Positions 1 through 10,221 of a stretch of DNA of 61,295 nt are shown here, piece after piece. Position 1 is the first letter of the stretch; each line of letters opens with the position of its first letter. The notes below the pieces were generated by a model, which saw nothing but the letters and a program-made list of their open reading frames with translations, did no database searches and was not told where the DNA came from. The stretch lies in IMG/VR virus record IMGVR_UViG_2049941000_000201; one strand, written 5' to 3'. The stretch is from an uncultured virus (IMG/VR IMGVR_UViG_2049941000_000201). Its lineage: Duplodnaviria; Heunggongvirae; Uroviricota; Caudoviricetes. The position numbers and the translations under genes are program-made.

Positions 1-816
1 TACCGGGGCTCCGTGCAGGTGCGCGATGTGGACGGCAACGGGGAAAACCTGCTGGCGCTTATTGAAAGCCTGGACACCGAACCCGTTTTGCAAATGTTCG
101 GGGACGCAGGTGTTTCCGTTCTTCGGACAACCGGACCCGTGGCGATGCCAGCCTTGCAGCAAACGCGCTGGCGCCGCGAAAGCATTTTGACCCTTGAAAT
201 GGCCTGGGCGCGTGCGTACACCGGGAGCGACCTTACCATTGAAAGCGTGGAAATNNNNNNNNNNATTTTGACCGGAGTCGAAATAACCGAGAGCCACGAA
301 AACGCACCGACGCCGAGCGGAAACTTTGTCTGCATAGACTATGCAGGGTCTTGGAGACTCGCCGGGACAAACGCTTCACGGATGAACGTGAACGATACTG
401 AACATGTGTCGCCTCGAATATATGTGTACAAGGGCGAAATCGAGATAAGGGATGTTGACGGTAACGGCGATAACCTTATGAAACTTGTGGAATCGCTCGA
501 AACGCAATCGGTGCTAGACTTGTTCGCAAACGCAGGAATCAGCGTTTTAAAGACTAACGGGCCTAACGACTTGCCGGCATTGCAGCAGACGAAATGGAGG
601 CGCGAGAGCGTCCTCACGCTTGAAATGACTTGGGCGCGTGCGTACACCGGGAGCGACCTTACCATTGAAAGCGTGGAAATCACCCAGGTGGAAGTAAACG
701 GCACCATTGATTCCGAAAACGAAATAATTGTGGACGACAAAAGAAATGTTTTGCAATCCGAAGAATTTTTAAATAAATTTATAATTGAAACAACGGAGGC
801 GCCAAATGGCACTTAA
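1..816 (+). CDS. Tail terminator/neck protein; two diverged allele fragments (1-254 and 265-816) joined across an N gap
   Basis: Both fragments encode homologous sequence (RDVDGNG..LL..ESL..RRES.LTLEM.WARAYTGSDLTIESVE). The N-terminus is at 60845. It lies directly upstream of the sheath gene. Confidence 0.6.
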   Translation, partial: YRGSVQVRDVDGNGENLLALIESLDTEPVLQMFGDAGVSVLRTTGPVAMPALQQTRWRRESILTLEMAWARAYTGSDLTIESVEXXXXILTGVEITESHENAPTPSGNFVCIDYAGSWRLAGTNASRMNVNDTEHVSPRIYVYKGEIEIRDVDGNGDNLMKLVESLETQSVLDLFANAGISVLKTNGPNDLPALQQTKWRRESVLTLEMTWARAYTGSDLTIESVEITQVEVNGTIDSENEIIVDDKRNVLQSEEFLNKFIIETTEAPNGT

Positions 817-1852
817 AGACATCGTGAACATTAACATTACAAGGCAGACGACTTCCGTGGCGGTTGCTGCGTTCAATGTTCCCCTAATCCTTTCCACCTT
901 TGCCACGAGCAAAACCACAACCGCGTTCACCCGCGCCCGCTCCTACGGCTCCGTTAAGGAAATGACCGATGACGGCTGGGCAAGCACCGACGCCGTTTAC
1001 AAAATTGCAAACGCAATTTTCTCGCAGAACCCCAGCGTTTCCCGCGTTGTGGTTGGGCGTGCCGACAGCGGCGATGCCGACGTTGCCGCCAGCATGGCAG
1101 CAATTCAAAACGAGGATAATTCCTGGTACGGCGTGGCGGTTGACCAGGCCATGGCTTCGGACTTTGCCGCCATTGCCGCCTGGGTTGAAAGCGCCAATCG
1201 CTTCTCGGTTCTTTGGACTACCGACCCGAACACCTACGACGCCACCAAATCCACCGACCTGGCTTCCACGCTCAAGGCGCTTTCCTACGACCGAACGGCG
1301 GTTATTTGGCACGCGCAGCCTTCGGATGGCGCGGACTACCCGGACGCCGCGTGGATGGGCGAAGGCTTCCCCTACGACCCCGGAACCAGCACCTGGGCGT
1401 ACAAAACGCTCAAGGGCGTCAAGCCGGACAACATTTCCGGCAAGGAAACCACGTTGCAGAACAAGAACTGCAACTACTATTCCGAAGTGGGCGGCGTGAA
1501 CATTACGCAGGAAGGCAAGGTTGCTTCCGGCGAGTGGATTGACATTATCATCGGAACGGACTGGATTGAAGCCCGCCTCCGCGAGGCCGTCTATTCCGCG
1601 CTCGTGAACAACCGCAAAATTCCGTATGACGACAGCGGCATCACTCTTATCGAAGGCCTTGTGAAGGGCGTGCTGAACCAGGCCGCCGCCGCTGGCATCT
1701 TGCAGGCCGACTCCATCGTGGTGACGGTCCCGCGCTATGCCGACATCCCGCAGGCCGACAAGATCGCCCGCAAGCTGCCTGACGTGAAGTTCACTGCACT
1801 CTACCAGGGCGCCATCCACCGCACCACCATCAACGGCACGATTTCCGTGTAA
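806..1852 (+). CDS. Contractile tail sheath protein (DUF3383-like)
   Basis: DIVNINITRQT start, WAYKTLKGV, GEWIDIIIGTDW, KIPYDDSG and GAIH...INGTISV motifs. GGAGG RBS before ATG 806. Confidence 0.9.
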   Translation: MALKDIVNINITRQTTSVAVAAFNVPLILSTFATSKTTTAFTRARSYGSVKEMTDDGWASTDAVYKIANAIFSQNPSVSRVVVGRADSGDADVAASMAAIQNEDNSWYGVAVDQAMASDFAAIAAWVESANRFSVLWTTDPNTYDATKSTDLASTLKALSYDRTAVIWHAQPSDGADYPDAAWMGEGFPYDPGTSTWAYKTLKGVKPDNISGKETTLQNKNCNYYSEVGGVNITQEGKVASGEWIDIIIGTDWIEARLREAVYSALVNNRKIPYDDSGITLIEGLVKGVLNQAAAAGILQADSIVVTVPRYADIPQADKIARKLPDVKFTALYQGAIHRTTINGTISV

Positions 1853-1871
1853 TCTATAAGGAGAAAAAATC

Positions 1872-2303
1872 ATGGCTAATCTTCCCGTAAGAACTTTCGA
1901 CCCCAAGCTGGTCGTGATTACCTTCGGCGCGCTCTCGATTTCGGGCTATGCCGAGGGCACGTTCGTATCCGTGAACCGCTCCGGCGATGCTTTCACCAAG
2001 AGCAAGGGCGCAGGCGGCGACATCGAGCGCGTGAACCGCAACCAGGGCGATTTCGAAGTGACCGTCACCTTGCAGCAGACTTCTCCCACGAATGCCGAGC
2101 TTTCGGCCATCCTCGCTGCGGACCAGGCCTCCAACGCTGGCGTATGGCCGCTCACCATCAAGGACATTCTCGGACAGACCCTGTTCTTCGCCCCGGAGGC
2201 GTGGATCAGGAAGGACCCCGAATGGGAGGACGGCGACGACCTGAATTCCCGCGCATGGGTATTCGACACCGGCATCGCCGCAAACCTCGTCGGAGGTAAT
2301 TAA
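1872..2303 (+). CDS. Tail tube protein (DUF3277-like)
   Basis: TFDPKLVVITFG, GAGGD, VTLQQTSPTN motifs; follows the sheath gene; AAGGAG RBS. Confidence 0.85.
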   Translation: MANLPVRTFDPKLVVITFGALSISGYAEGTFVSVNRSGDAFTKSKGAGGDIERVNRNQGDFEVTVTLQQTSPTNAELSAILAADQASNAGVWPLTIKDILGQTLFFAPEAWIRKDPEWEDGDDLNSRAWVFDTGIAANLVGGN

Positions 2304-2306
2304 CCC

Positions 2307-2789
2307 ATGCTCTCCCCGATTACTAAAGAAATTGACAACTTCTCGGTCCGTTTCAGGCCGCTTCCCGCAACAAAGGCCTTCACCCTCGCGAAGAGGGTGG
2401 GAGCCCTTGTTCTCCCGCTCTTGAAGAGCTTTGACCTTTCGAAGCTTAACGCCGAGGTGGACTTGAACTCCATCATTGACGGCGTCATCGAAACTCTCTC
2501 CGGCCTTCCTGATGATAAGGCCGTGGGCATTATCGTCGATAGCCTGCAAGGCTGCACGATTGTCGCTCCCGGAAAGCCCGCCATCGAAATCAACGGGATT
2601 TCGGACGTGGACGAGGTATTCCAGGGAGAACTTGAGGCGATGTATTCCATCGTGCTCGAAAGCTGGAAGTATAACAAGCTCGCCCCTTTCAAGTTGGCGG
2701 CTCGCTTTGGGTTCCAAACGACTCAAACGGATACCTCAAGCGAAGCCGCAAGCACGCCGAGAAAGCCTGGTCCAGCATTGGCCTTGTAG
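2307..2789 (+). CDS. Tail assembly chaperone (G-like)
   Basis: 160 aa, located between the tube and tape measure genes; contains an in-frame slippery heptamer. Confidence 0.75.
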   Translation: MLSPITKEIDNFSVRFRPLPATKAFTLAKRVGALVLPLLKSFDLSKLNAEVDLNSIIDGVIETLSGLPDDKAVGIIVDSLQGCTIVAPGKPAIEINGISDVDEVFQGELEAMYSIVLESWKYNKLAPFKLAARFGFQTTQTDTSSEAASTPRKPGPALAL

Positions 2790-3004
2790 GGACGCTTGCA
2801 CCCGAAGTCGAGGAGCGTTGGCCCATATTACGCCTGGTCGTGGATATGGGCTTGCCCTTGAGCGAAGTCGAGCGCATGGACCTCAACGACATCCGACAGC
2901 TAAATGCGGTCCTGGATATGCGAAGGGACCACGACAGCGCCGCGGATGCGTGGCAGGCCGAAAACGTGAAGAAATCACAGAAGGAACGCACCAGTGGTAA
3001 TTGA
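2675..3004 (+). CDS. -1 frameshift extension of the tail chaperone (GT-like)
   Basis: The -1 frame is open from 2675 to TGA 3002-3004 (..EERWPILRLVVDMGLPLSEVERMDLNDIRQLNAVLD..). Slippery C CCT TTC at 2684-2690. Confidence 0.7.
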   Translation, partial: QARPFQVGGSLWVPNDSNGYLKRSRKHAEKAWSSIGLVGTLAPEVEERWPILRLVVDMGLPLSEVERMDLNDIRQLNAVLDMRRDHDSAADAWQAENVKKSQKERTSGN

Positions 3005-4709
3005 GGAACTATACACTCGTCTCGGGTTCAAGGTAGACCCGAAGGGCATTGACAAGGCCAAGAGCTCACTCTCCAGCTTCAAGAAGTGGGTGGGTGGTAT
3101 AGCCCTGGGAGCAGGTTTTGTGACTTTGGCAAAGACTGGCCTGGACGCTGCAATGACGATGGAGTCGCTGAATGCACAATTCACGGTCATGGCAGGGTCC
3201 GCAGAGCGTTCCCGAGACTTGCTTGCCGAGATTTCGGACTTTGCCGCAAAAACGCCATTCTCGAAGTTGGGGCTAGCGGACGCTAGTAAGACGCTCATGG
3301 CGTTCGGTCTGGAAGCCGACAATGTTGTCCCGACGCTCAAGATGCTGGGAGATGTCGCTGGAGCCGACCAGAACAAGCTAAATGGCCTCGCATTGGTGTT
3401 CGGACAGATACAAAGCACCGGCAAGCTCATGGGCCAGGATTTGCTCCAGCTCATAAATCAAGGATTTAACCCGCTCACCGAAATATCGAAGCAGACCGGC
3501 ATTTCTGTTGCGAAGCTGAAAGACGCGATGGCGCAGGGGGCTATTTCCGCTGACATGGTGACTGCCGCGTTCAAGTCCGCGACAAGCGAGGGCGGTCTCT
3601 TTTACGGAAATCTCGAAGCACAGAGCCAAACGCTTCAAGGTCGTATTTCTACCTTGAAGGACAATTTCGTAACCGCCTTGCAGAACATGGCCGAGGCGTT
3701 CATGCCGCTATTGAAGGCTGGAGTCGATATGCTTGTCGCGTTCGACTGGACCCCGATTGTGGCAAGCATCCAGTCCGTCGGCGAAGCCATGAGCACGCTT
3801 CCAGAGATGCTGGAAACGATTGCGACCTGGGCCCGCCGTCTCGCGCCGCTGGTGTATGCCGTTTTCGCTCCTCGCATAAACGCCATGGTTATGCAGTATG
3901 TAGCGTCTATGCGGTCAGCGATTATGTCGTCGGGTATCTTTGCCAGAGTCCAAGGCGTTGTGCAACGCGCGGCGCTTGCAAGCGGTGCCGCCATGGGATA
4001 CCAGGTGACGGCCATCGGGCTCCTAAAGTCCGCGATGTTTAGCCTGAAGGCGACCGCGGTTTCGTCGTTCAAGGCGATAGGGCTTGCCATGAAAACGGCA
4101 CTCGGCCCGATAGGTATTGCGCTGATGGCGATTGAAGGCTTCGTCGAGGCGTACAACTATTTGAGCGGGAAGGCCGAACGGGATGCCACCGAGGACCAGC
4201 TTCGGCAGGCGCGGGGCGTATTCAAGAACGCCGCGGTCTATGACAGGAAAACCCGCGAGCAGGTCGTGACGGATGCCGAGAATCGTCTCGCAAAGAACCG
4301 GCAGCGGGTGGAGGAGCTCCAGGAGATAGCAGGTCGGGGTGGACCCGGTGCCGGAGAGGCATCGAAGGAGCTTGCAAAACTTAGCGAGGAAATAAAGGGG
4401 CAGGAGTCGTGGGTCAATGCCTTGAAGCAGGTGTACACGGAATTAACCGGCCTTGAGTGGACTTCGAGAACCTGGGAATGGGGCGTGAAGGACCCGAAGC
4501 TGGGTGGCGACAACCGGGAATTTTTGGCGGCCTTTGCCGATTTGGAAAAGGTCATCAAGGACTCGGAAAATGCAACAAAGAAGCAGACGAAGGCTACCGA
4601 GGACAACACCCGTGCGCAGCAGAAGTTCGATATTTCCGCGCTTTCTAGGCAGGCGTTTGACGCAGCCTTCAACGTAAAACTCCGCGACCTTACCCTGGGG
4701 GCTATATAA
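2994..4709 (+). CDS. Tape measure protein
   Basis: MVIEELYTRLGFKVD start, FAAKTPF and FGQIQSTGKLMGQDLLQL tape-measure motifs; Ala-rich helical composition. Confidence 0.9.
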   Translation: MVIEELYTRLGFKVDPKGIDKAKSSLSSFKKWVGGIALGAGFVTLAKTGLDAAMTMESLNAQFTVMAGSAERSRDLLAEISDFAAKTPFSKLGLADASKTLMAFGLEADNVVPTLKMLGDVAGADQNKLNGLALVFGQIQSTGKLMGQDLLQLINQGFNPLTEISKQTGISVAKLKDAMAQGAISADMVTAAFKSATSEGGLFYGNLEAQSQTLQGRISTLKDNFVTALQNMAEAFMPLLKAGVDMLVAFDWTPIVASIQSVGEAMSTLPEMLETIATWARRLAPLVYAVFAPRINAMVMQYVASMRSAIMSSGIFARVQGVVQRAALASGAAMGYQVTAIGLLKSAMFSLKATAVSSFKAIGLAMKTALGPIGIALMAIEGFVEAYNYLSGKAERDATEDQLRQARGVFKNAAVYDRKTREQVVTDAENRLAKNRQRVEELQEIAGRGGPGAGEASKELAKLSEEIKGQESWVNALKQVYTELTGLEWTSRTWEWGVKDPKLGGDNREFLAAFADLEKVIKDSENATKKQTKATEDNTRAQQKFDISALSRQAFDAAFNVKLRDLTLGAI

Positions 4710-5380
4710 TGTATAGCGTTATCGGTGCAATATACCAGGCAATCGCTGGGAGACAGCAGCTACCGCAGCACACCTGCCTTTTTTACCGAAAGGAAGGCTA
4801 CTCCGTGGGCGGCGTTTCTCTCGACCTTATTCTTGACGAGAACCATTCCAAGTCCGCAGAAGTAACCGAGAATCCGCTGCAAGACGGCAGGGCCATCTCG
4901 GACGGCATCTATGTGAAGCTCCGCGAAGGCTCGCTCACCGGTCTCGTATCAAACCACTCGCTGAAGCATACCGAGGATATAGCCGAGGAAAACCGGAACG
5001 CCGAGGGCATCCTGAACATCGCTCAATGGCAGCCGCTGAAGAACCGCGCCGCCGAGGCATGGAACGAGCTCAAGGCGGTAATGGATGCGAAGCAGACGGT
5101 CACTATCGTTACGGCCCTAGAAGTCTACGAGAACGTGGCGGTCACCAACATCGAGACTACCCTTGACGGAGAGAGCGGCGACGCGCTCGCCATCCGGCTT
5201 ACCTTCAAGCAAGTAAAGACGGTCCAGCTCCGCGAGGACAAGGTGACGGCGCAGGTGCAACCCGAGAACATGGAAAGCGACATCAACCGTGAAACCGCCG
5301 TCGGAGTAGATGGCGGGCAGAAGGTCGGAGAGCAGCCTACCGAAGCCGACATGAAACAACTCATTCCGGGGGTGCAGTAA
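4709..5380 (+). CDS. Baseplate/tube initiator (Dit-like) protein
   Basis: DLILDENHS..EVTENPLQDG..ISD motif; follows the tape measure gene. Confidence 0.75.
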   Translation: MYSVIGAIYQAIAGRQQLPQHTCLFYRKEGYSVGGVSLDLILDENHSKSAEVTENPLQDGRAISDGIYVKLREGSLTGLVSNHSLKHTEDIAEENRNAEGILNIAQWQPLKNRAAEAWNELKAVMDAKQTVTIVTALEVYENVAVTNIETTLDGESGDALAIRLTFKQVKTVQLREDKVTAQVQPENMESDINRETAVGVDGGQKVGEQPTEADMKQLIPGVQ

Positions 5381-5736
5381 TGCTGAAAATTCCTTTTGAC
5401 GCATCGAGAAGCGCAGACCAGAATTTCCGCGTGCTCATCCCCGAGCGGATGGTGATTTCCTTGCGGCTGGTATGGAATACCCGTGCATCCGCGTGGTTCA
5501 TCACGATTTCTTCGGAGCGTGGCGAAATAGGCGCCTTCAGGATTGTCGAGCGCTGGCCCATCCTTTTCTCTCACAAGGCGATTTCCCCCATCGACGGCGA
5601 CATTATCGCCCTCCCTCTTTCCGATGGCAAGGGAAAGCCCTTGAGCCAGTATGACGCGCTTGGCGAGTCCTGGGGTCTTTTCTGGCTTTCTCCCGAAGAT
5701 GTGGCGAACTGGAAGGTGGCGAATGGTATGGGGTAG
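5380..5736 (+). CDS. Baseplate protein
   Basis: LRLVWNTRASAWFITI motif typical of small myovirus baseplate proteins; synteny. Confidence 0.65.
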   Translation: MLKIPFDASRSADQNFRVLIPERMVISLRLVWNTRASAWFITISSERGEIGAFRIVERWPILFSHKAISPIDGDIIALPLSDGKGKPLSQYDALGESWGLFWLSPEDVANWKVANGMG

Positions 5737-6694
5737 ACAGATAAGGATGGAGGCCCGGAATTCGGACGGGGTCCAGGTGGATGTTTCCGCCCTGCGCATC
5801 GACGCTCGATGCGTGCGCTCCCGCGTATTCGACGACAACGAGCTTGAGGCTACCATCCACGGCGCGAGCGACGATACCATCGCAAAGTTTCTCAAGAGAG
5901 GCACGAACGTAGCCCTCTATGCAGGGTATGAGCAGGGGGCCGAGCCTGGGCTCATTTACCAGGGCAACATCATCGACTCGAAAACGTACCGCAGCGGGAC
6001 GGAAATCCTGACCGTGATCCGATCCATCGCGATGCGCTCCTTGACGCGCCCGTTCACTTGCACTCCGGTATGCCTTCATTTCAAGCCGGGCTCCGATGCA
6101 GGGCAGGTCGTCCGGGCCATAGCGAACATCCTTGGGCTTGTGCCGATAGGCGCAGAAATGGCCTCCGAGGTAAAGTTCCCAGCAGGATGGACTTTTGCAG
6201 GCCCGGTTTCGCAGGCCATGAAGAGGCTGGCGCAGGATATGCGCACGAAGGGCGTGGGCTTGTATGTAGACCTGGCCCAAATGGTGATTTTTAAATACTC
6301 GGGAGACTCTTCCTATTCCATCGCGTATATTTCCCCGGAGAGCGGCCTGCTGAACCTTCAGGATACCACGGACTACGTGGAAGCCGCCCGCTCGAACTTG
6401 GCGAGCCTTGCGAGCAAGGTTGGCGAGGCTGCCGGGAAGGGCGACGATGTAATCCTGAAGCCCGAAGATACGGACGACGCCTATAAACTCCTTGACAAGA
6501 TTTTCACGAACATGAAAAAGACCTACTCCGCCCGCACGATGGTGATGCCGAAGGTGACCCCGAATTCCCTGGTGCATATTGCCGACAAAGGCATGGGCGT
6601 GGACGGGCTTTTCGTCGTGGATAGGATGGAAATTGCCGTCGGCAACGGCCCGGACTCTTCATTCGCTATGGACTTGAACCTTATAGAGGCATAA
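5723..6694 (+). CDS. Baseplate hub protein
   Basis: LYAGYE..GLIYQGNI and ISPESGLL motifs; lies before the spike gene. Confidence 0.75.
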   Translation: MVWGRQIRMEARNSDGVQVDVSALRIDARCVRSRVFDDNELEATIHGASDDTIAKFLKRGTNVALYAGYEQGAEPGLIYQGNIIDSKTYRSGTEILTVIRSIAMRSLTRPFTCTPVCLHFKPGSDAGQVVRAIANILGLVPIGAEMASEVKFPAGWTFAGPVSQAMKRLAQDMRTKGVGLYVDLAQMVIFKYSGDSSYSIAYISPESGLLNLQDTTDYVEAARSNLASLASKVGEAAGKGDDVILKPEDTDDAYKLLDKIFTNMKKTYSARTMVMPKVTPNSLVHIADKGMGVDGLFVVDRMEIAVGNGPDSSFAMDLNLIEA

Positions 6695-6695
6695 T

Positions 6696-7301
6696 ATGAG
6701 CATGGCATCGGCACTTGACACATATATGACCGTGGCCTTTTCCTCGGTGCATACCTCTATACCCGCTACCGTCGTGAAGTATGACGAGGGCACGCACCGC
6801 GCACAGGTTAAGCCTTCGGTGCGGATGCTCATGGATAACGGCATCCAGATAGAGCTCCCCGAGCTCATGGACGTGCCGGTGGTATTCCCTTCCGGAAAAT
6901 TCTTTGACCTGGAATTCCCGCTCGACAAGGGTGACGGCGTTCTGCTCCTTTTTGCCGAGCAGGACATTTCGGCATGGAAGAAAGGCGACTCGCCTGCGGT
7001 CCCGGCTACGGCCTCGCGCTTCAACCTTGACTCTGCCATCGCCATCCCCGGCTGCTCTTCGAAGCCCTCGAAGGGGAAAGCCCGCATCACGATAGACAAG
7101 GACGGCGTGATTACCTGGACGGCAAAGAAGTTCGTTTTTGACGGCCAGGTGGTAGCGACCGGCGACGTAATCGCTCGCGGGGATGTATTCTGCGGGCCTG
7201 CTCCGTCCGGCCCCGGAGTATCCTTGTCGCAGCACATCCACCCGACGGCGGTCGGCCCGACAAGCCCGGCAACTCCAGCACCAATTCCACCGGAGGCATA
7301 G
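6696..7301 (+). CDS. Baseplate central spike (Gp138-N/gpV-like)
   Basis: HTSIPATVVKYD, DVPVVFP, GDGVLLLFAEQDIS and C-terminal SLSQHIH metal-binding motif. Confidence 0.85.
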   Translation: MSMASALDTYMTVAFSSVHTSIPATVVKYDEGTHRAQVKPSVRMLMDNGIQIELPELMDVPVVFPSGKFFDLEFPLDKGDGVLLLFAEQDISAWKKGDSPAVPATASRFNLDSAIAIPGCSSKPSKGKARITIDKDGVITWTAKKFVFDGQVVATGDVIARGDVFCGPAPSGPGVSLSQHIHPTAVGPTSPATPAPIPPEA

Positions 7302-7304
7302 AAG

Positions 7305-7589
7305 ATGGCTCTCAATTTGACGCAATTTAAAAAGGATCTCAAGGATGCCCTTCTGACGGCCCAGGAAAAGAACCAGGTCGACAACCTCACGGAAGACCCG
7401 AAGGATGCCCCCGCAGTCGCCATGGGCAACCTGGCGGACGAACTCGCGACGGTGATTGACGCCTACATCAAGACGGCAACAGTGAGCACGACCGTGAGCA
7501 CGACGGTCACCGGCACTTGCGCTACACCTGCGGGAGCTGGAACTATTGCAGGCACCGGCTCGGGTTCTGGAACGGGGAGCCTCTCATGA
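7305..7589 (+). CDS. Small baseplate/spike-associated protein
   Basis: LATVIDAYIKTATV..GTGSGSGTGSLS; follows the spike gene. Confidence 0.5.
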   Translation: MALNLTQFKKDLKDALLTAQEKNQVDNLTEDPKDAPAVAMGNLADELATVIDAYIKTATVSTTVSTTVTGTCATPAGAGTIAGTGSGSGTGSLS

Positions 7590-7748
7590 TCGCGTCCGAT
7601 TTCCGAAAATGGGGGTCGGGTGAGTGCCGGAACGGGTTTGGAGTGGGCCACCCGGCCTCCTCTTTGATTTTTCTTTTTGAAGATGTTTTTGTGTGAAAAT
7701 AGGGCCAAAATAAGTTATATTTAGGGAATAGAAAAGGGAACCTGGAAA

Positions 7749-8105
7749 ATGCAGCTTGCGCTTGAGACATCTACATGGGATTTGCATCTCGACAAGACGG
7801 GCAATATCGCCACGCTTTCCGATGCCGTCGCGCTCCTTTCGCAGCGCATCCAGTGCAGATTGCAGACTTTCAGGGGAGAGTGCTTTCTCGACCGCTCGAT
7901 AGGCGTGCCCTACTATTCCGAGGTAATGAAGAAGAACCCCGATCTCGGGCGCATCCGTTCCCTGCTTGCAGCCGTCATCGCTGGGGTCGAAGGCGTGAAG
8001 AAGGTGCTTTCCCTCGATTTGCAGTTTGCGGCTTCCACTAGGACTTTGACCGTGCGCTTTCGGGTGCAAGGCACTTCAGGGGAAATTGCCGAAGGAGCGA
8101 TTTAA
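7749..8105 (+). CDS. Baseplate wedge/sheath initiator (gp25-like)
   Basis: QRIQCRLQTFRGECFLDRSIGVPY motif. Confidence 0.8.
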   Translation: MQLALETSTWDLHLDKTGNIATLSDAVALLSQRIQCRLQTFRGECFLDRSIGVPYYSEVMKKNPDLGRIRSLLAAVIAGVEGVKKVLSLDLQFAASTRTLTVRFRVQGTSGEIAEGAI

Positions 8106-8108
8106 AAA

Positions 8109-9533
8109 ATGGAATACGTGACCGATACAGGGCTGAAGAAAAAGACCCTCCAGGAACTCCGCATCGAGACCGAGAACGACCTCAAGCAAGACTTTGGCGT
8201 CGGCTTCGAGACTTCCGTCGATAGCCCGAACGGCCTGCTCATCTCGCAGCTCGCGCTCGCAAATAGCCGCCTCTGGGACCTCGCGCAGGAAATCTATTCT
8301 TCGCTCGACCCTAACCAGGCTACCGGCACTGCGCTCGATGCAAGGGCCTCCTTTAACGGAGTAACCCGAAAGCCTGCCGAGGCCTGCACCGTCACCGCCA
8401 TGCTCTACACCGAGGATGAGAGCGCCACCATCCCTGCTGGCTCGATAGCGAACCGGCAGCGTGGCGACCTCGACTTTGCGCTTGACGAGGCCGTGAGCAT
8501 CGACCGCGCGTCATGCGCAGAGCTGATGCTCGATATTTCCGATGTGGAGTCCGGCACCTATACTCTTGAATTTTCGTTCGGGAATGTATCCTGGGACACT
8601 ACGTCATCCACGACTCTCGCTTCGCTTATTACTACCGCAGGCGGCATCGCTGAAGAAACCCCTCGCGGGCTTCGCGTGACCTATTCCAGCGGCTCGGTCG
8701 GCCTGACCGGAAGCATCCCCGACGGCGTGATAGTTCAGGCGGGAATGCCCGGAAAATTTACCGCAGTATCTACCGGATACCAGACCTGCGAAATCGGTGA
8801 GCTCGACAACATCCCTACTAGCGTGGACGGCTGGAGCTCGGTCTACAACTACGAGGCGGGAACGCCCGGCGCCGATACCGAAACCGACGTCTCGCTCCGC
8901 GTGCGCCGAGAAGCTGCCGCGAAGGTTAAGAAAAGCAAGGCTACCGACCCCGCCACCGAGGCGGCCCTGCTCGATGTTCCGGGCGTGACTACGGCCCGCG
9001 TTTTCAGCAACAGGGGCTTCGATACGAATGCCGACGGCGTGCCCGGGAAATCGTTTACCTCTCTCGTCGTTGGCGGCACCGATGCCGATATAGCCCGTTG
9101 TATTTACGAGAACCAGCCCTCGGGCATCCAGTCCTGGGGAAATACCTCGGTGAACGTGACGGATAGCCACGGCTTTGAGCAGCAGATTTCCTTCAGCAGG
9201 CCGACGCCGAAGTATCTCTGGGTCAAGTTCTACTATCATGTCTACGACGAAGAAGTTTTCCCCGGAGCGGATGCAATCAAGACGGCCATGGTCGAATGGG
9301 CTGACAAGCAGTACACGCTGGGCAAGGATGTCATCCCGACAAGAATTCCGGGCGGCATCTACGAGCTCGTGGCGGGCGTAGGCGTTTCGATGGCGCACGT
9401 CGCCATTACGGACAGCCCGGACACGGTTCCTTCCTCCGGCGACTACTCGTGGGATACTGCGCTGGCTATCCCGCCGTTTGCGTATGCGGTTCTCGAAGAG
9501 GACCGGATCGAGACTATCCTCGAAAATGATTAA
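8109..9533 (+). CDS. Baseplate J-like protein
   Basis: LDPNQATGTALD, GADTETDVSLRVR and VVGGTDADIA motifs. Confidence 0.9.
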   Translation: MEYVTDTGLKKKTLQELRIETENDLKQDFGVGFETSVDSPNGLLISQLALANSRLWDLAQEIYSSLDPNQATGTALDARASFNGVTRKPAEACTVTAMLYTEDESATIPAGSIANRQRGDLDFALDEAVSIDRASCAELMLDISDVESGTYTLEFSFGNVSWDTTSSTTLASLITTAGGIAEETPRGLRVTYSSGSVGLTGSIPDGVIVQAGMPGKFTAVSTGYQTCEIGELDNIPTSVDGWSSVYNYEAGTPGADTETDVSLRVRREAAAKVKKSKATDPATEAALLDVPGVTTARVFSNRGFDTNADGVPGKSFTSLVVGGTDADIARCIYENQPSGIQSWGNTSVNVTDSHGFEQQISFSRPTPKYLWVKFYYHVYDEEVFPGADAIKTAMVEWADKQYTLGKDVIPTRIPGGIYELVAGVGVSMAHVAITDSPDTVPSSGDYSWDTALAIPPFAYAVLEEDRIETILEND

Positions 9534-9561
9534 AGTTTATAGAAATTAGGGTGCAGGCATA

Positions 9562-10209
9562 ATGAGCGAAGTCATCACAAGCTATTCGGAAGCGCAGCGC
9601 AAGTATGTGCCCGAGCAATACAAGCGGAGCGAGAAGCTGCTCGGCTTGATAGATTGCGACCTTGCGATGGCAGACGAAATCGAGAAGGCCCTGCACGAAA
9701 TCGGGGACTCGTTTACACTTGATGATGCCGTCGGTCCGATGCTCGATTTTTATGGAGCCTATGCCGGAGGATTTTCCCGCCGCGTGGGCGAAACTGACGA
9801 CCAGTTCCGCGCCCGCATAAAGCTAGGAACCGGAACCGAGGACCTGCCTACTCTTGAGGCGGTCTACAATTATTTCGAGCTTGCGCTAGGCATTACCGAT
9901 GTCGGTCTTTTCCCGGTATGGCCCGCAGGGCTTTATTTTGTTATTTTGCAGGGCTCCCCGGAGATAGATGCCGAGGACCTGGAAAATATCGCGGCGGCTT
10001 CGGGTGTCGATTTTGGGCAGGGCACATTCCTCTCTTGCGAGGATGGTGAACCCTGGGGGCTCATAGTCCTGGAGGACAACGGGCAACCGATTGTCGTGGA
10101 CCAGCGGTGGCCGGATACTTTGTATGAACTTGTGGATGATGATGGAAATTACCTAGTGGATAGCGAAGGGAATCACCTTGTAGCATTGGACTTTTTAACC
10201 ACAACCTAG
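9562..10209 (+). CDS. Baseplate wedge protein (DUF2612-like)
   Basis: LDDAVGPMLD..G..RR.GETDDQFRARIK; follows J. Confidence 0.7.
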   Translation: MSEVITSYSEAQRKYVPEQYKRSEKLLGLIDCDLAMADEIEKALHEIGDSFTLDDAVGPMLDFYGAYAGGFSRRVGETDDQFRARIKLGTGTEDLPTLEAVYNYFELALGITDVGLFPVWPAGLYFVILQGSPEIDAEDLENIAAASGVDFGQGTFLSCEDGEPWGLIVLEDNGQPIVVDQRWPDTLYELVDDDGNYLVDSEGNHLVALDFLTTT

Positions 10210-10221
10210 TGGAGAAAAATT

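Noticed and set aside
884..1906. Long antisense ORFs (also 23684-24895, 39099-40469, 52511-53722, 57997-58965)
   Set aside because: Shadow frames of high-GC3 genes, with no motifs or RBS.
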